A stretch of DNA of 54,518 bases from a candidate division WOR-3 bacterium. Its GTDB lineage: Bacteria; Hydrothermota; Hydrothermia; B15-G9; WFZT01. The notes beneath the pieces were generated by a model, which saw nothing but the letters and a program-made list of their open reading frames with translations, was not told the DNA's origin and did not search any database. Both the position numbers and the translations under genes were made by a program. Position 1 is the stretch's first letter. The number at the start of each line of letters is the position of its first letter. Where the stretch lies: positions 1 to 54,518 of the forward strand of contig JALUEE010000023.1 of assembly GCA_027053075.1 (NCBI GenBank). Reading direction: 5' to 3'. This document shows positions 9,687-19,040 of this stretch, piece by piece.

Positions 9687-10334
9687 TTGACACTTATGCT
9701 TATAATTGGTGGAACTGGTAAAATTGGCAGGGAACTGGTAAAGCATTACTCAAGCCGGGAAGAAATCGTCTTCACTTTCCACAAAAATCATGAGCTTGCG
9801 CAAAAACTCCATGAAAAATTTAGTGCCAGGGCAGTAAAACTGGATTTAAAAAATATCGATGAAAATTTCTTTGAGCAAATAGGCAGACACGAAAGGGCTA
9901 TATTCACTGCAGGTATCTTTAAAAGGATTGAGAATATAACGCGTGAAGACCTGGATGAACTCGTTGATGTAAACTTAAAAGGCCCCGTTTATCTCGCTTT
10001 TAAACTTATAGAGAGGGGAGCAAAGAATATAGTTTTTCTCACGGATATCTGTGGTGAAGTGCCCTACCCTTCATTTCCTCTAAATTCTATCACCTCTGCT
10101 GGAATTTTCATGCTAATCCGCACCCTCGCCCGAAGGTCTGCACCACAGGTACTCATAAATGGGATAGCTATCAATGCACTAAGTCTCCCATTCTCTGATT
10201 ACGCCCAAAAGCTTCCGATGCAACGACTTCCAGAGATAGGAGAGGTCATCAAAACCCTTGATTTCCTTCTTTACGAAAATTCCTATATCACAGGGCAAAT
10301 TCTCAAGTTAGACGGTGGCCGATCTCTCCTTTGA
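9687..10334 (+). CDS. Short-chain dehydrogenase/reductase, pteridine-reductase-like (atypical active site)
   Basis: IIGGTGKIG Rossmann motif, VNLKGP, YITGQILKLDGG. Start may be ATG 9696. Confidence 0.75.
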   Translation: MTLMLIIGGTGKIGRELVKHYSSREEIVFTFHKNHELAQKLHEKFSARAVKLDLKNIDENFFEQIGRHERAIFTAGIFKRIENITREDLDELVDVNLKGPVYLAFKLIERGAKNIVFLTDICGEVPYPSFPLNSITSAGIFMLIRTLARRSAPQVLINGIAINALSLPFSDYAQKLPMQRLPEIGEVIKTLDFLLYENSYITGQILKLDGGRSLL

Positions 10335-11183
10335 CGCCGCAATAATCACTGCATTAACCCCGATAAGAATGAGAATTCCACCAAGGAATTGTCTAATTGT
10401 TAGCGCACGGTGAAGGAAAACATAGCTTCCCAGGGTGACAAGCAAAGGTTGAATAGATTTGATTATGGTCACATCAGCCGCTTTCAAGTACTTGAGCGCC
10501 TCAAAAACGGCAAACGTGGCAATAATGGGCCCCATCAGTGCCCCAGAAATTATAAATGGAACTGAGCGGATATCCGGAAAGGCAAAGCCTGTTTTGATAA
10601 AAAGATAGATTGCGTAAATAGTAAATAGCGAATAGACCCTGAACGAAACCATAAAGATAGGCTGAATATCTTTTACCTTGATCCTGACAAGCACTGTATT
10701 GAATGCAAACATCAGGGTAATTGCCACAACAACTAAGATCTTCACAATCTCACCCTTAGGTGATGCACCGGTGATGATAATAACACCTGCAATGGCTATG
10801 AGTCCGCCTATTATCTCTACAGGTCCAAGCTTCTCATTCATTAGTAAAAATGCCCAGAGCGCGACAAAAAGAGGACTTAAATTCCCGATAAAAGACAGGA
10901 GCGAGGGATTCATTAGTTTTAGAAGATAGAAGAAGATAAAAGTACCTGTAGCCTCAGATAGACCAAAATAGAGGAAAAACGTGAGATTATTCCTGACGCT
11001 CTTTGAAAATCCCCTGAGTGTACGTCCAACAAAAATAAAACTCAGGAGCGATGCAATAAAGAACCACCAGAAAAGGAAAACATCAATGGGAGTATATTCC
11101 TGGGCAAATCTCGCAATAATATAAACGCTCGAGTAACCAAGCGCAGATATGAGAGAAAAGATTATGCCCCTTAAACTTCTCAT
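10308..11183 (-). CDS. DMT/EamA family transporter
   Basis: About ten hydrophobic segments in two repeats (LSPLFVALWAFLLMNEKL; IQPLLVTLGSYVFLH). Confidence 0.85.
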   Translation of the reverse strand: MRSLRGIIFSLISALGYSSVYIIARFAQEYTPIDVFLFWWFFIASLLSFIFVGRTLRGFSKSVRNNLTFFLYFGLSEATGTFIFFYLLKLMNPSLLSFIGNLSPLFVALWAFLLMNEKLGPVEIIGGLIAIAGVIIITGASPKGEIVKILVVVAITLMFAFNTVLVRIKVKDIQPIFMVSFRVYSLFTIYAIYLFIKTGFAFPDIRSVPFIISGALMGPIIATFAVFEALKYLKAADVTIIKSIQPLLVTLGSYVFLHRALTIRQFLGGILILIGVNAVIIAASKERSATV

Positions 11184-12382
11184 AGGACCCTAACAATGAG
11201 CATATAAGTCCAGAAAAGAAGGTATAAAGCAAGCACCGAGGGGAAAAGGAGTTTGTACAGCTTCACGGTATCTGCTTTAAAGTAGGTCTTTGTAACTGCA
11301 AGACAAAGATGGGCCGGTGAAAGTAGTATTCCCATAAATCCACTGACATATCCGATAAAGATGTAGTTTAAATTTTTGCCGAGAATGCCAAGAAGCACCG
11401 GGAACCCCACGCCAATATAGGCGGAATTCACACCTGTTAGAAAGCCCACAAGAAAAGGTATCAGCACAAGCGGAATAACAGGTGAGAAACCCCATCTAAC
11501 AAGCTCATCCGGCAGGTGGTTCATCACACCAGAAAGCTCAAGCTCTCTTTTAAAAATCATGACAAAAATGAGGATCAGAAAGATTTTCAATGAAAGCCCC
11601 TTTCGAAAGGAACCTAAAATATCTTTCCTTGAGAATTTCTTCAAAACAAACAGCGAAAGGAGTACGATTGAGAGTCCAATTACAAGGTCAAGCTTGAAAA
11701 TAAGAACAAATAGAATAATGAGGTAGATAGGCCACAGGGCAAATAGAAATTTTAGAAATTTTTCGTTTTTATTACCATTTGAAGGTAGGGTGTAGTAAGG
11801 GACTGTTTTGAAAAGCACAAATAATCCAACACCTGCTGAAAAGATTATCATAGGTGACTGATGAAGCCCGATTTTCCAGATTGGCACTCCGGTGATGGCT
11901 GATGCGAGAATTAGCCCGGGATAGAGAGGCCATGTGTACTCCCAGATATGCCGGAACCAGTAGTTGAAGAAAGTCAGTTTCTCAGGGGACAGTTTCATCT
12001 TTTTGCCGATCTCCTCGGCCAATGGCGCTGAAAGCATGGCTCCAGAAGGCATAGGAAGTAATCCTATGATCATGGATGGGATGATGAAGGCGACCCGCAA
12101 GTCACTAAAAAGTCCTTCAACTGAATCTACGAATTCCTGAAGATACCCTGACCTGTAGAGTGCTTCACCAAATGAAATTATGAGCCATACAACGATGACA
12201 AGGTGGATGGTGGAATATCCGAGTATACCAGTGAGAAGGGCTCTCAGGGTTATTTTCAAGGGGATTCCAAAGAGAAGGGCGATGATTGCTGTAAGAGAGG
12301 CGAGTACAACCCATATTTCCTGTTTTAAGGCGAGCAGGATTATAGCGATTATAAAAGCAACGGAAAACTTTAGTGTTATCAT
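11180..12382 (-). CDS. DUF401-like integral membrane protein
   Basis: IGLLPMPSGAMLSAP, NYWFRHIWEYTWPLYP, LLSPAHLCL motifs; polytopic. Confidence 0.8.
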   Translation of the reverse strand: MITLKFSVAFIIAIILLALKQEIWVVLASLTAIIALLFGIPLKITLRALLTGILGYSTIHLVIVVWLIISFGEALYRSGYLQEFVDSVEGLFSDLRVAFIIPSMIIGLLPMPSGAMLSAPLAEEIGKKMKLSPEKLTFFNYWFRHIWEYTWPLYPGLILASAITGVPIWKIGLHQSPMIIFSAGVGLFVLFKTVPYYTLPSNGNKNEKFLKFLFALWPIYLIILFVLIFKLDLVIGLSIVLLSLFVLKKFSRKDILGSFRKGLSLKIFLILIFVMIFKRELELSGVMNHLPDELVRWGFSPVIPLVLIPFLVGFLTGVNSAYIGVGFPVLLGILGKNLNYIFIGYVSGFMGILLSPAHLCLAVTKTYFKADTVKLYKLLFPSVLALYLLFWTYMLIVRVL

Positions 12383-12410
12383 GGTTTTGTGGAATTATAA
12401 GGTAGTTGAT

Positions 12411-12455
12411 GTGGACTGCAAATTCGTTCGCGTTGCGAACGAATTTGCAGTCCAC
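12411..12455. repeat. Perfect 21-bp inverted repeat
   Basis: GTGGACTGCAAATTCGTTCGC-GTT-GCGAACGAATTTGCAGTCCAC. Confidence 0.85.
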
Positions 12456-12473
12456 CAATAAGGGACAATCTAT

Positions 12474-12595
12474 GAGCCTGTTCGAAAAATTCCATATCCT
12501 TTGATTTTTAATGAAAAATTTACCCCAAACTTCTTCCTCCCCCCACGCACTTTGTGCGTGGGGGAGGATAGGAGGAGGAATTTTCGAACGAGCTC
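12474..12595. mobile_element. 122-bp MITE (family A)
   Basis: TIRs GAGCCTGTTCGAAAA / TTTTCGAACGAGCTC. Flanks GACAATCTAT / GAAAATCTAT (10 bp, one mismatch). Internal CCCCCACGCAC-TTT-GTGCGTGGGGG hairpin. Confidence 0.88.
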
Positions 12596-12639
12596 GAAAA
12601 TCTATTGAAAGGATTGATTTTCGGGGTTAAAATGTAAAT

Positions 12640-13449
12640 ATGAGAAAATCGAAGATATCTGCAACAGGAGATTGGGCTCTAATCCTCGGTGCGTCAAGTG
12701 GCTTCGGAGCCGCAACTGCTAAAGAGCTGGCAAGACACGGATTTAATATCTTCGGAGTACATTTGGATAGAAAGGCTACCCTCAAAAATGCCGAGGAAGT
12801 TATTGAATTCATTAAAAATACCGGGAAAGAAGCCGTTTTCTTCAATATAAATGCAGCCGACGATAAAAAGCGGAAGAAGGTAATGGACGAGATCGAAAGT
12901 ATAGTTAAATCTCAGGAAGACGATGCTCAGGTTCGGGTCCTCATGCATTCTCTCGCCTTTGGAACACTTAAAACCTTTTTCGGTGAGGATAAGATAACGT
13001 CACCTCAGTTGATGATGACCCTTGAAGTTATGGCCAACACGCTTGTTTACTGGGCGCAGGACCTTGTAGAGCGCGGTTTGATGAGGCGTGGTGGAAGAAT
13101 TTTTGCAATGACGAGCTCAGGTAGTCAGAAGGTGATGAAGTACTACGGTGCCGTTTCAGCTGCCAAGTGTGCCCTCGAGAGTCACATCCGACAGCTTGCA
13201 CTTGAGCTCGCTCCTCTCGGAATCACAGCAAACGCCATCCGCGCCGGTGTCACAGATACACCGGCCCTGAGGAAAATTCCTGGACATGAGCAAATAATTG
13301 AGCTTGTTTTAAGAATTAACCCTTCAGGGAGACTCACAACTCCCGAGGACGTTGCAAAGACCATCGCTATTTTAACTCACCCTGATCTTTACTGGATGAC
13401 GGGAAATGTCATCAACGTCGATGGGGGTGAGAACATATCGTGCATATAG
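12640..13449 (+). CDS. SDR family oxidoreductase, enoyl-ACP reductase (FabL/FabI-like)
   Basis: LGASSGFG, YYGAVSAAK (Y-x6-K), GVTDTPAL, MTGNVINVDGG. Confidence 0.8.
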   Translation: MRKSKISATGDWALILGASSGFGAATAKELARHGFNIFGVHLDRKATLKNAEEVIEFIKNTGKEAVFFNINAADDKKRKKVMDEIESIVKSQEDDAQVRVLMHSLAFGTLKTFFGEDKITSPQLMMTLEVMANTLVYWAQDLVERGLMRRGGRIFAMTSSGSQKVMKYYGAVSAAKCALESHIRQLALELAPLGITANAIRAGVTDTPALRKIPGHEQIIELVLRINPSGRLTTPEDVAKTIAILTHPDLYWMTGNVINVDGGENISCI

Positions 13450-13492
13450 GTTGACACTCATGGATATGCTAATTAATAATAAGAACCTGCGT

Positions 13493-13565
13493 GCCGGGGT
13501 AGCTCAGTTGGTAGAGCACGGGACTGAAAATCCCGGTGTCCCCAGTTCGATTCTGGGCCCCGGCA
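13493..13565 (+). tRNA. tRNA-Phe(GAA)
   Basis: GCCGGGG/CCCCGGC acceptor stem, CGGGA-CTGAAAA-TCCCG anticodon arm, AGTTCGATT T-loop. TTGACA at 13451 upstream. CCA not encoded. Confidence 0.97.
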
Positions 13566-13591
13566 CTTTTTAATTTATAAGGAGGTTGCAA

Positions 13592-13993
13592 ATGGACCTT
13601 ACCGCCATTGAAACGATCCTCAAAGAAACCCTTGAAAGTGATCCATCATTCAAAACACTGATCCTTGTGAGTGTTGATGGATTACCACTCTCATCGGCCA
13701 GCCGCATGGAGCTTGATGAAGAGAAGCTCGCCGCAGTTTCGTCACTCGCCATTTCTACAATTGAGAAGGTCTCAAAGGATATGGAGATCGGTGGATTAAA
13801 AGAGACCATCATCCGCGGAGAAGATGGAGTAGTCTTCATCTACAATCTGAATAATGAGGGCGTGCTGGTCGCTCTTGCAGACAAAACGGTGAAGCTCGGG
13901 CTTGCCCTCTACCAGCTCAAAAACGCTTCCAATCTTGTGCTGAACATTCTTACCGCTTCTGGTAGCTCTGCATCAGCAGGAGAACTGGCCTGA
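13592..13993 (+). CDS. Roadblock/LC7 (MglB-like) domain protein
   Basis: LVSVDGLPL, E-KLAAVSS, GGLKETIIRGEDG, KLGLAL. GGAGG RBS before ATG 13592. Confidence 0.85.
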   Translation: MDLTAIETILKETLESDPSFKTLILVSVDGLPLSSASRMELDEEKLAAVSSLAISTIEKVSKDMEIGGLKETIIRGEDGVVFIYNLNNEGVLVALADKTVKLGLALYQLKNASNLVLNILTASGSSASAGELA

Positions 13994-14010
13994 GCAGTAG
14001 GATAATTTTT

Positions 14011-14628
14011 TTGATTCTTTTTGCTGTAGCGATTCCATTTTCGCTACTAACTCAATATTTTGCCGAAAGAAAACAATCCGTAGTTTTCACTCTCGTATTC
14101 TCAATCCTTTTTCCTATCCTATCAATTCCCATTTACAGAAAATTTTCTCTCTCATTTGAATTTTATTACTTCGCCTTTCTGCTCCTTGTTCTTATGGGAA
14201 TAGCCTATGTGGATTTCTTAACCGAGGGCATCCCTCAGCTTTATACGCACACAGGTATTGTGCTTGGGGTTATCTTCAGTTATTTTACTAAGTTTCCAGG
14301 ACTTAAATCCTCTCTATGGGGCGCTGGTATCGGACTGGTGACATTTGGCATCCTTAAGCTTATATCTGACATGATGATGCGGAAAGAATCCTTTGGACTC
14401 GGCGACATCAAACTCCTTACCATGATTGGCGCATTTGGTGGTCCCTATTTGCTTCTTGCCGGAATCGTCGGAGGCTCCTTCATTGGCCTCATCTACGCCA
14501 TCTGGAGGATTCTGAAAACAGGCGAAAAGCGCGTGCCTTTTGGCCCTTTTATTTCTCTCGCGGCCTACCTGGGGATTATCTTCAGGCCAGAAATACTCAA
14601 ATTTCTTCAAAAAATCCTTGTCTCTTGA
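14011..14628 (+). CDS. Prepilin peptidase (A24), lacking the N-terminal Zn-binding domain
   Basis: AYVD and GLGDIKL catalytic aspartates, VPFGPFI motif; hydrophobic. Confidence 0.85.
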   Translation: MILFAVAIPFSLLTQYFAERKQSVVFTLVFSILFPILSIPIYRKFSLSFEFYYFAFLLLVLMGIAYVDFLTEGIPQLYTHTGIVLGVIFSYFTKFPGLKSSLWGAGIGLVTFGILKLISDMMMRKESFGLGDIKLLTMIGAFGGPYLLLAGIVGGSFIGLIYAIWRILKTGEKRVPFGPFISLAAYLGIIFRPEILKFLQKILVS

Positions 14629-14671
14629 CCTGGTTTGGTTAATACTTATTATTAATTTTTAGGAGTTTGTC

Positions 14672-15685
14672 ATGAAATTCGCCACAATAAATGATGCCAT
14701 AGACTTTTACACAAAGCTTGCCGCCGAGAATCCTGAAAACTCTGTAATTTTGAATACACTTGGTGACCTCTACGTAAAGGCTGGAGATCGTGCAAAGGCC
14801 CTTAATTACTACCGGCAGGCCATGGAAATCCTTGAGAAAAACACAAACTACCAAAATGCTATAGCCATTGGGAAAAAGATTTTAAGATATGTGGGGAAGA
14901 ATCCTGAAACGCTTGTAAAAATTGCAAAGCTCTACACAAAAATCGGTGATTACCGAGAGGCAATTAGATATGTTTTACTCATCGAACCGGAGGAAGTGGA
15001 CCTGAACCACGCAGAAGAGGTCACGGGACTGATAGAATTTTTGATCTCCACCATAGACAACCCTGAGGTGAAATTAAAACTTTCAAGAATTTCAGACGCA
15101 ATAAAAGAGAGGCTCCAGGCCACACCGGAACCTGTCGAAGAATTTGACCTTCTCGGATTCGCAGAATCTGCTGAGGATATGCCACCTCTTCTTGAGGAAG
15201 CCACAATTAAAATAGGTGAAGATGCCATTATTGACCTTTCAGTTCCACAGGAGACCGTTGAAAGACCCACAAAAAAGGTGGAGCCAGAGTTTCTTGAAGG
15301 AGTTTTAAAGAATCTCTCTGAAGGTGTATACCAGACAAGTAACAATTACAACGAGCAGATAAAAGTTTTAATGGACGCGGGCTTTTACAAGGAGGCACTC
15401 TGGCTACTGCACAATCTTCCGCAGGATTTGAGAAAAAACCTTCCCTTTGATGAGATGCTTTTGAGGTGTCTGGTCGAGACCAACAGAGTCGATGAAATTA
15501 AAGCAATAATTAATGACCTGGGTAGTGGTGACTCCGCAGAGTCCATTTATTACACAGCGCGCGCTTACGAACTCATCAAAGAGAACGAAAAGGCGCTCAC
15601 GTTTTATTTCAAATTAAGATCACTTTACGGTGACTTTAAAGACGTTAACGAAAGAATACAAAAACTTAGGAGTGGGATAAAATGA
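14672..15685 (+). CDS. Tetratricopeptide-repeat protein
   Basis: LNTLGDLYVKAG..AL..Y, AIAIGKKILR, acidic linker, C-terminal TPR ending FKDVNERIQKL. Confidence 0.75.
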   Translation: MKFATINDAIDFYTKLAAENPENSVILNTLGDLYVKAGDRAKALNYYRQAMEILEKNTNYQNAIAIGKKILRYVGKNPETLVKIAKLYTKIGDYREAIRYVLLIEPEEVDLNHAEEVTGLIEFLISTIDNPEVKLKLSRISDAIKERLQATPEPVEEFDLLGFAESAEDMPPLLEEATIKIGEDAIIDLSVPQETVERPTKKVEPEFLEGVLKNLSEGVYQTSNNYNEQIKVLMDAGFYKEALWLLHNLPQDLRKNLPFDEMLLRCLVETNRVDEIKAIINDLGSGDSAESIYYTARAYELIKENEKALTFYFKLRSLYGDFKDVNERIQKLRSGIK

Positions 15686-16806
15686 GTCAAATAAAGCTTT
15701 TAAATGACCTTGTTTCTGCAGGCTTGATAACGGCCAGTGATAAGGAAGAAATTATCAAAAAGCAATGGGATTCGGGGGAAAGCATTGAAAGAATCCTCAT
15801 TGACAATGGCTACATATCAGAAGATAGACTCCTGAATTTTATTTCCAGAAAATACAGACTGCCGATGGTTTCCCTGCACAACCTTTCTGTAGACGAAGAG
15901 GCCACATATCACATCCCGGCCTATCTTGCAAAGAAGCTGAATCTTATACCGGTAAGACGGATTAATAAAAATCTTATAGTTGCCGTTGCCGAGCCTTTCA
16001 ACGAGACCATTTTATCCGAACTCAGGAAGGTGACGGATTTGAAATTTGTGCCACTCCTTGCAAAAAAATCTGAGATTGATGAAAAAATTCAGGAATTCTA
16101 TGACCACCGTGGGGAGGAAATTAAGGAAATATCTACTCCTCCCGCTGAAATGCTGGAGAAAAAAGAGCTCCCCGGAAGTTTTGAAAAATTTATAGTGGGG
16201 CCAAACAATGAGAAGGCATACAAACTTGCCCTCGCATTCGTGAAATCAGAGATTGAGAGCCTTCTCATCGTTGGAGACACAGGGACCGGTAAGACCTATC
16301 TTCTTGGTGCTATTGATGAGGCCCTTAAAAAGTCCGGTAAAAAATCACTTGCAATGAGTGTCCCTGAATTTGAGAGCTTATACCAGAAGTTTAAAGACAA
16401 CGGTCAACTGCCCCACCTGAGAGAGTTTATCCTTTCACATGATGTTTTTATAATTGACGAAATCGAGCTTTTGCAAAATAAGCCGTACTTGCAGGAGGAA
16501 GTGGAATTTATACTTGAGAAATTTCAGCAAGATGGGAAGCAAACCGCTGCTGCCACAATGGTGCCGATTTCCGAGCTGAGGGCTGTCTCAAGAAAACTGG
16601 TCTCCCTTCTCGGCTCGATGATCGAGGTGGAACTGGGTGAGCTGGACAGAGACACAGCAATGAGATACCTGAACTCCGGCGGATTTGGTCTATCTCAGCT
16701 GGATATAGAGACCATCCTCAAGGAGAATCCACGTACATTCCGGGAGCTTGAAGGCATTGTGAAAAAAGTCCTTGCTATCAAGAAGTTTCTGAGCTCCAGC
16801 TACTAA
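15682..16806 (+). CDS. Fusion of PilB/GspE N-terminal domain and DnaA/Hda-like AAA+ ATPase domain
   Basis: N-terminus resembles T2SSE_N (IPAYLAKKLNLIPV..LIVAVAEP). C-terminus has SFEKFIVGPNNEKAY, Walker A GDTGTGKT, Walker B FIIDEI, RELEG. Confidence 0.75.
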   Translation: MSQIKLLNDLVSAGLITASDKEEIIKKQWDSGESIERILIDNGYISEDRLLNFISRKYRLPMVSLHNLSVDEEATYHIPAYLAKKLNLIPVRRINKNLIVAVAEPFNETILSELRKVTDLKFVPLLAKKSEIDEKIQEFYDHRGEEIKEISTPPAEMLEKKELPGSFEKFIVGPNNEKAYKLALAFVKSEIESLLIVGDTGTGKTYLLGAIDEALKKSGKKSLAMSVPEFESLYQKFKDNGQLPHLREFILSHDVFIIDEIELLQNKPYLQEEVEFILEKFQQDGKQTAAATMVPISELRAVSRKLVSLLGSMIEVELGELDRDTAMRYLNSGGFGLSQLDIETILKENPRTFRELEGIVKKVLAIKKFLSSSY

Positions 16807-16807
16807 T

Positions 16808-18460
16808 ATGCCCATAGGCCTCTTTAAAAACGGCAAAACTTCCTCAGTCGTAAGTATAGACATTGGTTCCAAACAGATGAAAGTTGTAGAGCTTGAAAAG
16901 AAGGGTGGGGAGGTTCATGTCAAAAATATCGGCTATACAAGTACTCCACCTGAGAGTGTAGTCGCCAAAGAAATCATTGACCGCGACGTAATCGCCGAGG
17001 AGATCAGAAATCTCCTCGATAAACTTAAAATTTCTAACAACTATGCTGTAACCGCAGTCGGTGGCAAAAACCTCATTATAAAAAACTTTCTTATTTCTCC
17101 TTCTGAGTCGCATGAAATAGAGGAACGTATAGTTGAAGAAGCCCAGAAGGTCCTTCCGTTCGACATCGAAACTGTCTTCTGGGATTACTGGATACTGCCA
17201 CCAAGGGAAGGCTCAGAGGATATCCCGGTCTATATCGTTGCCACCAGACAGGAAACGGTCTACATGATCGAGGATTCGCTTAAGTTTGCCGGTCTCGAAC
17301 TTAGAATACTGGATGCGGCACCTCTTTCGCTTATAAACACTGTAAAATTCAACTATAACCTTGATCCAAACAGGAATTATCTAATCGTTGACATTGGTTT
17401 TGAGGGCTCCTCATTCATTACAATTTCAAACGGGATTTACTACGATCATCAGGATGGGGATTTCTCGGTCAAAAAATACATCGAATCACTGACGAGGTTT
17501 ATGAATATTTCCTATGAGGAAGCATTTCAGTATCTCTTTGACTCTGAACTACCATCTGAGCTTTCTGCGAGTTTCGAAACTATAGTAAACGGCCTCAATC
17601 AATCCCTCGCAGATGAAATTCAGAGGTATCTTTCAATCTCCGGGCTTGATATCAATACGGTGTTTCTCACCGGCGGTGGAGTAAACATTAAAAACATCCT
17701 TGAGCCTCTGAAAACAGTTTTTCCTGACTACGAATTTGTCATTGTTAATCCTCTGAAGAATGTGAAGGATGCGGCGGAGATAGAGGAAAAATTTGACCTT
17801 AGTGAAAAAGAGCAGAGGCTATTTTCGCTTGCCATTGGAGCAGGTTTACGGGGCCTCGAAATCGCTACCGAGACACTCATAAATTTAAGTCCTCACAAAA
17901 AGGTAGCGAAGAAGATCAAAATCCCACCCATTGTTGGAAATTTGATTGCTCCCCTCATTGTCCTTGCATCATCGGCAATATTTGTATTTCTAATGAACCA
18001 CGAGCAAAATGCCACCTATGCCCTGCTCCAAAGGCAGAAACAGGAAATCGAGCAGGAGAAAAAACTACTCGGTGACAAGCTCAGGATCATGCAGGAAATT
18101 GACAAAAAGAAGCAGGAGCTTTCTCAAAAGGTCAATGTCATTAAGGAAATTACAAAAGACAGGGCATTTTATCTTGAGGTTTTAAACGACATCAATAGAA
18201 ACATCCCCCCAAACATCTGGCTTTCGGAGATAAAGGAAGAGACAGAAGGGGGAACAAGGAGATTCCTTATAAGTGGTGGGGCTTTTACATCGGTCGAAGT
18301 TTCAAATTTCATGAAAAGGCTGTCAGCATCTAAAAATCTCTGGGAAAAGGTAGACCTTATTTTTATGAAAAAGAACGAATTCCAGGGAGCAGGTTACCTT
18401 ACGTTCCAGATCGTGCTGTATCCGAAAACCGGAGGTGAAACTGGTGGACCTCAATCTTGA
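16808..18460 (+). CDS. pilM: Type IV pilus assembly PilM-PilN fusion
   Basis: Actin-like SIDIGS, IVDIG, FLTGGG, LAIGAGLRG, then INL motif, TM helix, coiled coil and PilN-like IPPNIWLSEI domain. Confidence 0.85.
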   Translation: MPIGLFKNGKTSSVVSIDIGSKQMKVVELEKKGGEVHVKNIGYTSTPPESVVAKEIIDRDVIAEEIRNLLDKLKISNNYAVTAVGGKNLIIKNFLISPSESHEIEERIVEEAQKVLPFDIETVFWDYWILPPREGSEDIPVYIVATRQETVYMIEDSLKFAGLELRILDAAPLSLINTVKFNYNLDPNRNYLIVDIGFEGSSFITISNGIYYDHQDGDFSVKKYIESLTRFMNISYEEAFQYLFDSELPSELSASFETIVNGLNQSLADEIQRYLSISGLDINTVFLTGGGVNIKNILEPLKTVFPDYEFVIVNPLKNVKDAAEIEEKFDLSEKEQRLFSLAIGAGLRGLEIATETLINLSPHKKVAKKIKIPPIVGNLIAPLIVLASSAIFVFLMNHEQNATYALLQRQKQEIEQEKKLLGDKLRIMQEIDKKKQELSQKVNVIKEITKDRAFYLEVLNDINRNIPPNIWLSEIKEETEGGTRRFLISGGAFTSVEVSNFMKRLSASKNLWEKVDLIFMKKNEFQGAGYLTFQIVLYPKTGGETGGPQS

Positions 18461-19040
18461 TTTCTTCAAAAAGTCAAAGAACATCTGGGGCACGCTGATT
18501 GTTGTCGAGATACTTTTCCTTGGATGGTACTATTACAAGGTTTATTCTCCAAAAAAGCAAAAAATATCTGAGCTCAGGACAACCATCAATAACGAGCAAA
18601 TGATACTTCAAAAATACAGGGCAAAGCTCAAAAATTTTGCAAAGGTTAAGGCTGAAGCCGATTCCATTGAACAGCTCTGGAATCAGCTTAATAAAATTCT
18701 CCCATCAGAGTCTCAGGTACCACTATGGATAAAAAAGATCGCCCTCACAGGCATCAGAAATCACCTCGAATTCACTATGTTTAAACCCATGCCTACAAGC
18801 GCAAAGGGATTTTACACCATTTATCCTATTGAGATTGACCTTGTAGGCTCTTATCACAATTTTGGGAAGTTCGTAGAGGACCTTACGAATTCACCTCAGG
18901 TCACCAAAATCTCGAATCTTGACGTTACTGCCTTCTCATCTAAAGATTTTCCAGAATTTACGATTAAGGCACATTTTACACTGCAGGTATATGTTTTTAC
19001 TGGAAGAGCAGTTAAGGCACTTTTAAATGAAGGTAAATAG
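18435..19040 (+). CDS. pilO: Type IV pilus assembly protein PilO
   Basis: N-terminal TM, coiled coil, LPSESQVP, FYTIYPIEIDLVGSYHNFGKF. Confidence 0.88.
   Translation: MKLVDLNLDFFKKSKNIWGTLIVVEILFLGWYYYKVYSPKKQKISELRTTINNEQMILQKYRAKLKNFAKVKAEADSIEQLWNQLNKILPSESQVPLWIKKIALTGIRNHLEFTMFKPMPTSAKGFYTIYPIEIDLVGSYHNFGKFVEDLTNSPQVTKISNLDVTAFSSKDFPEFTIKAHFTLQVYVFTGRAVKALLNEGK

Noticed and set aside
9687..9706. TTGACA and TATAAT at the SDR start
   Set aside because: Spacing is only 8 bp, incompatible with a sigma70 promoter.
3226..13565. tRNA-anchored genomic island or prophage
   Set aside because: No duplicated tRNA 3' end, intact integrase or phage genes; the intervening genes are housekeeping.
15682..16806. 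Calling this gene dnaA or the region oriC
   Set aside because: No domain IV, no dnaN neighbour, and no cluster of DnaA boxes noticed.
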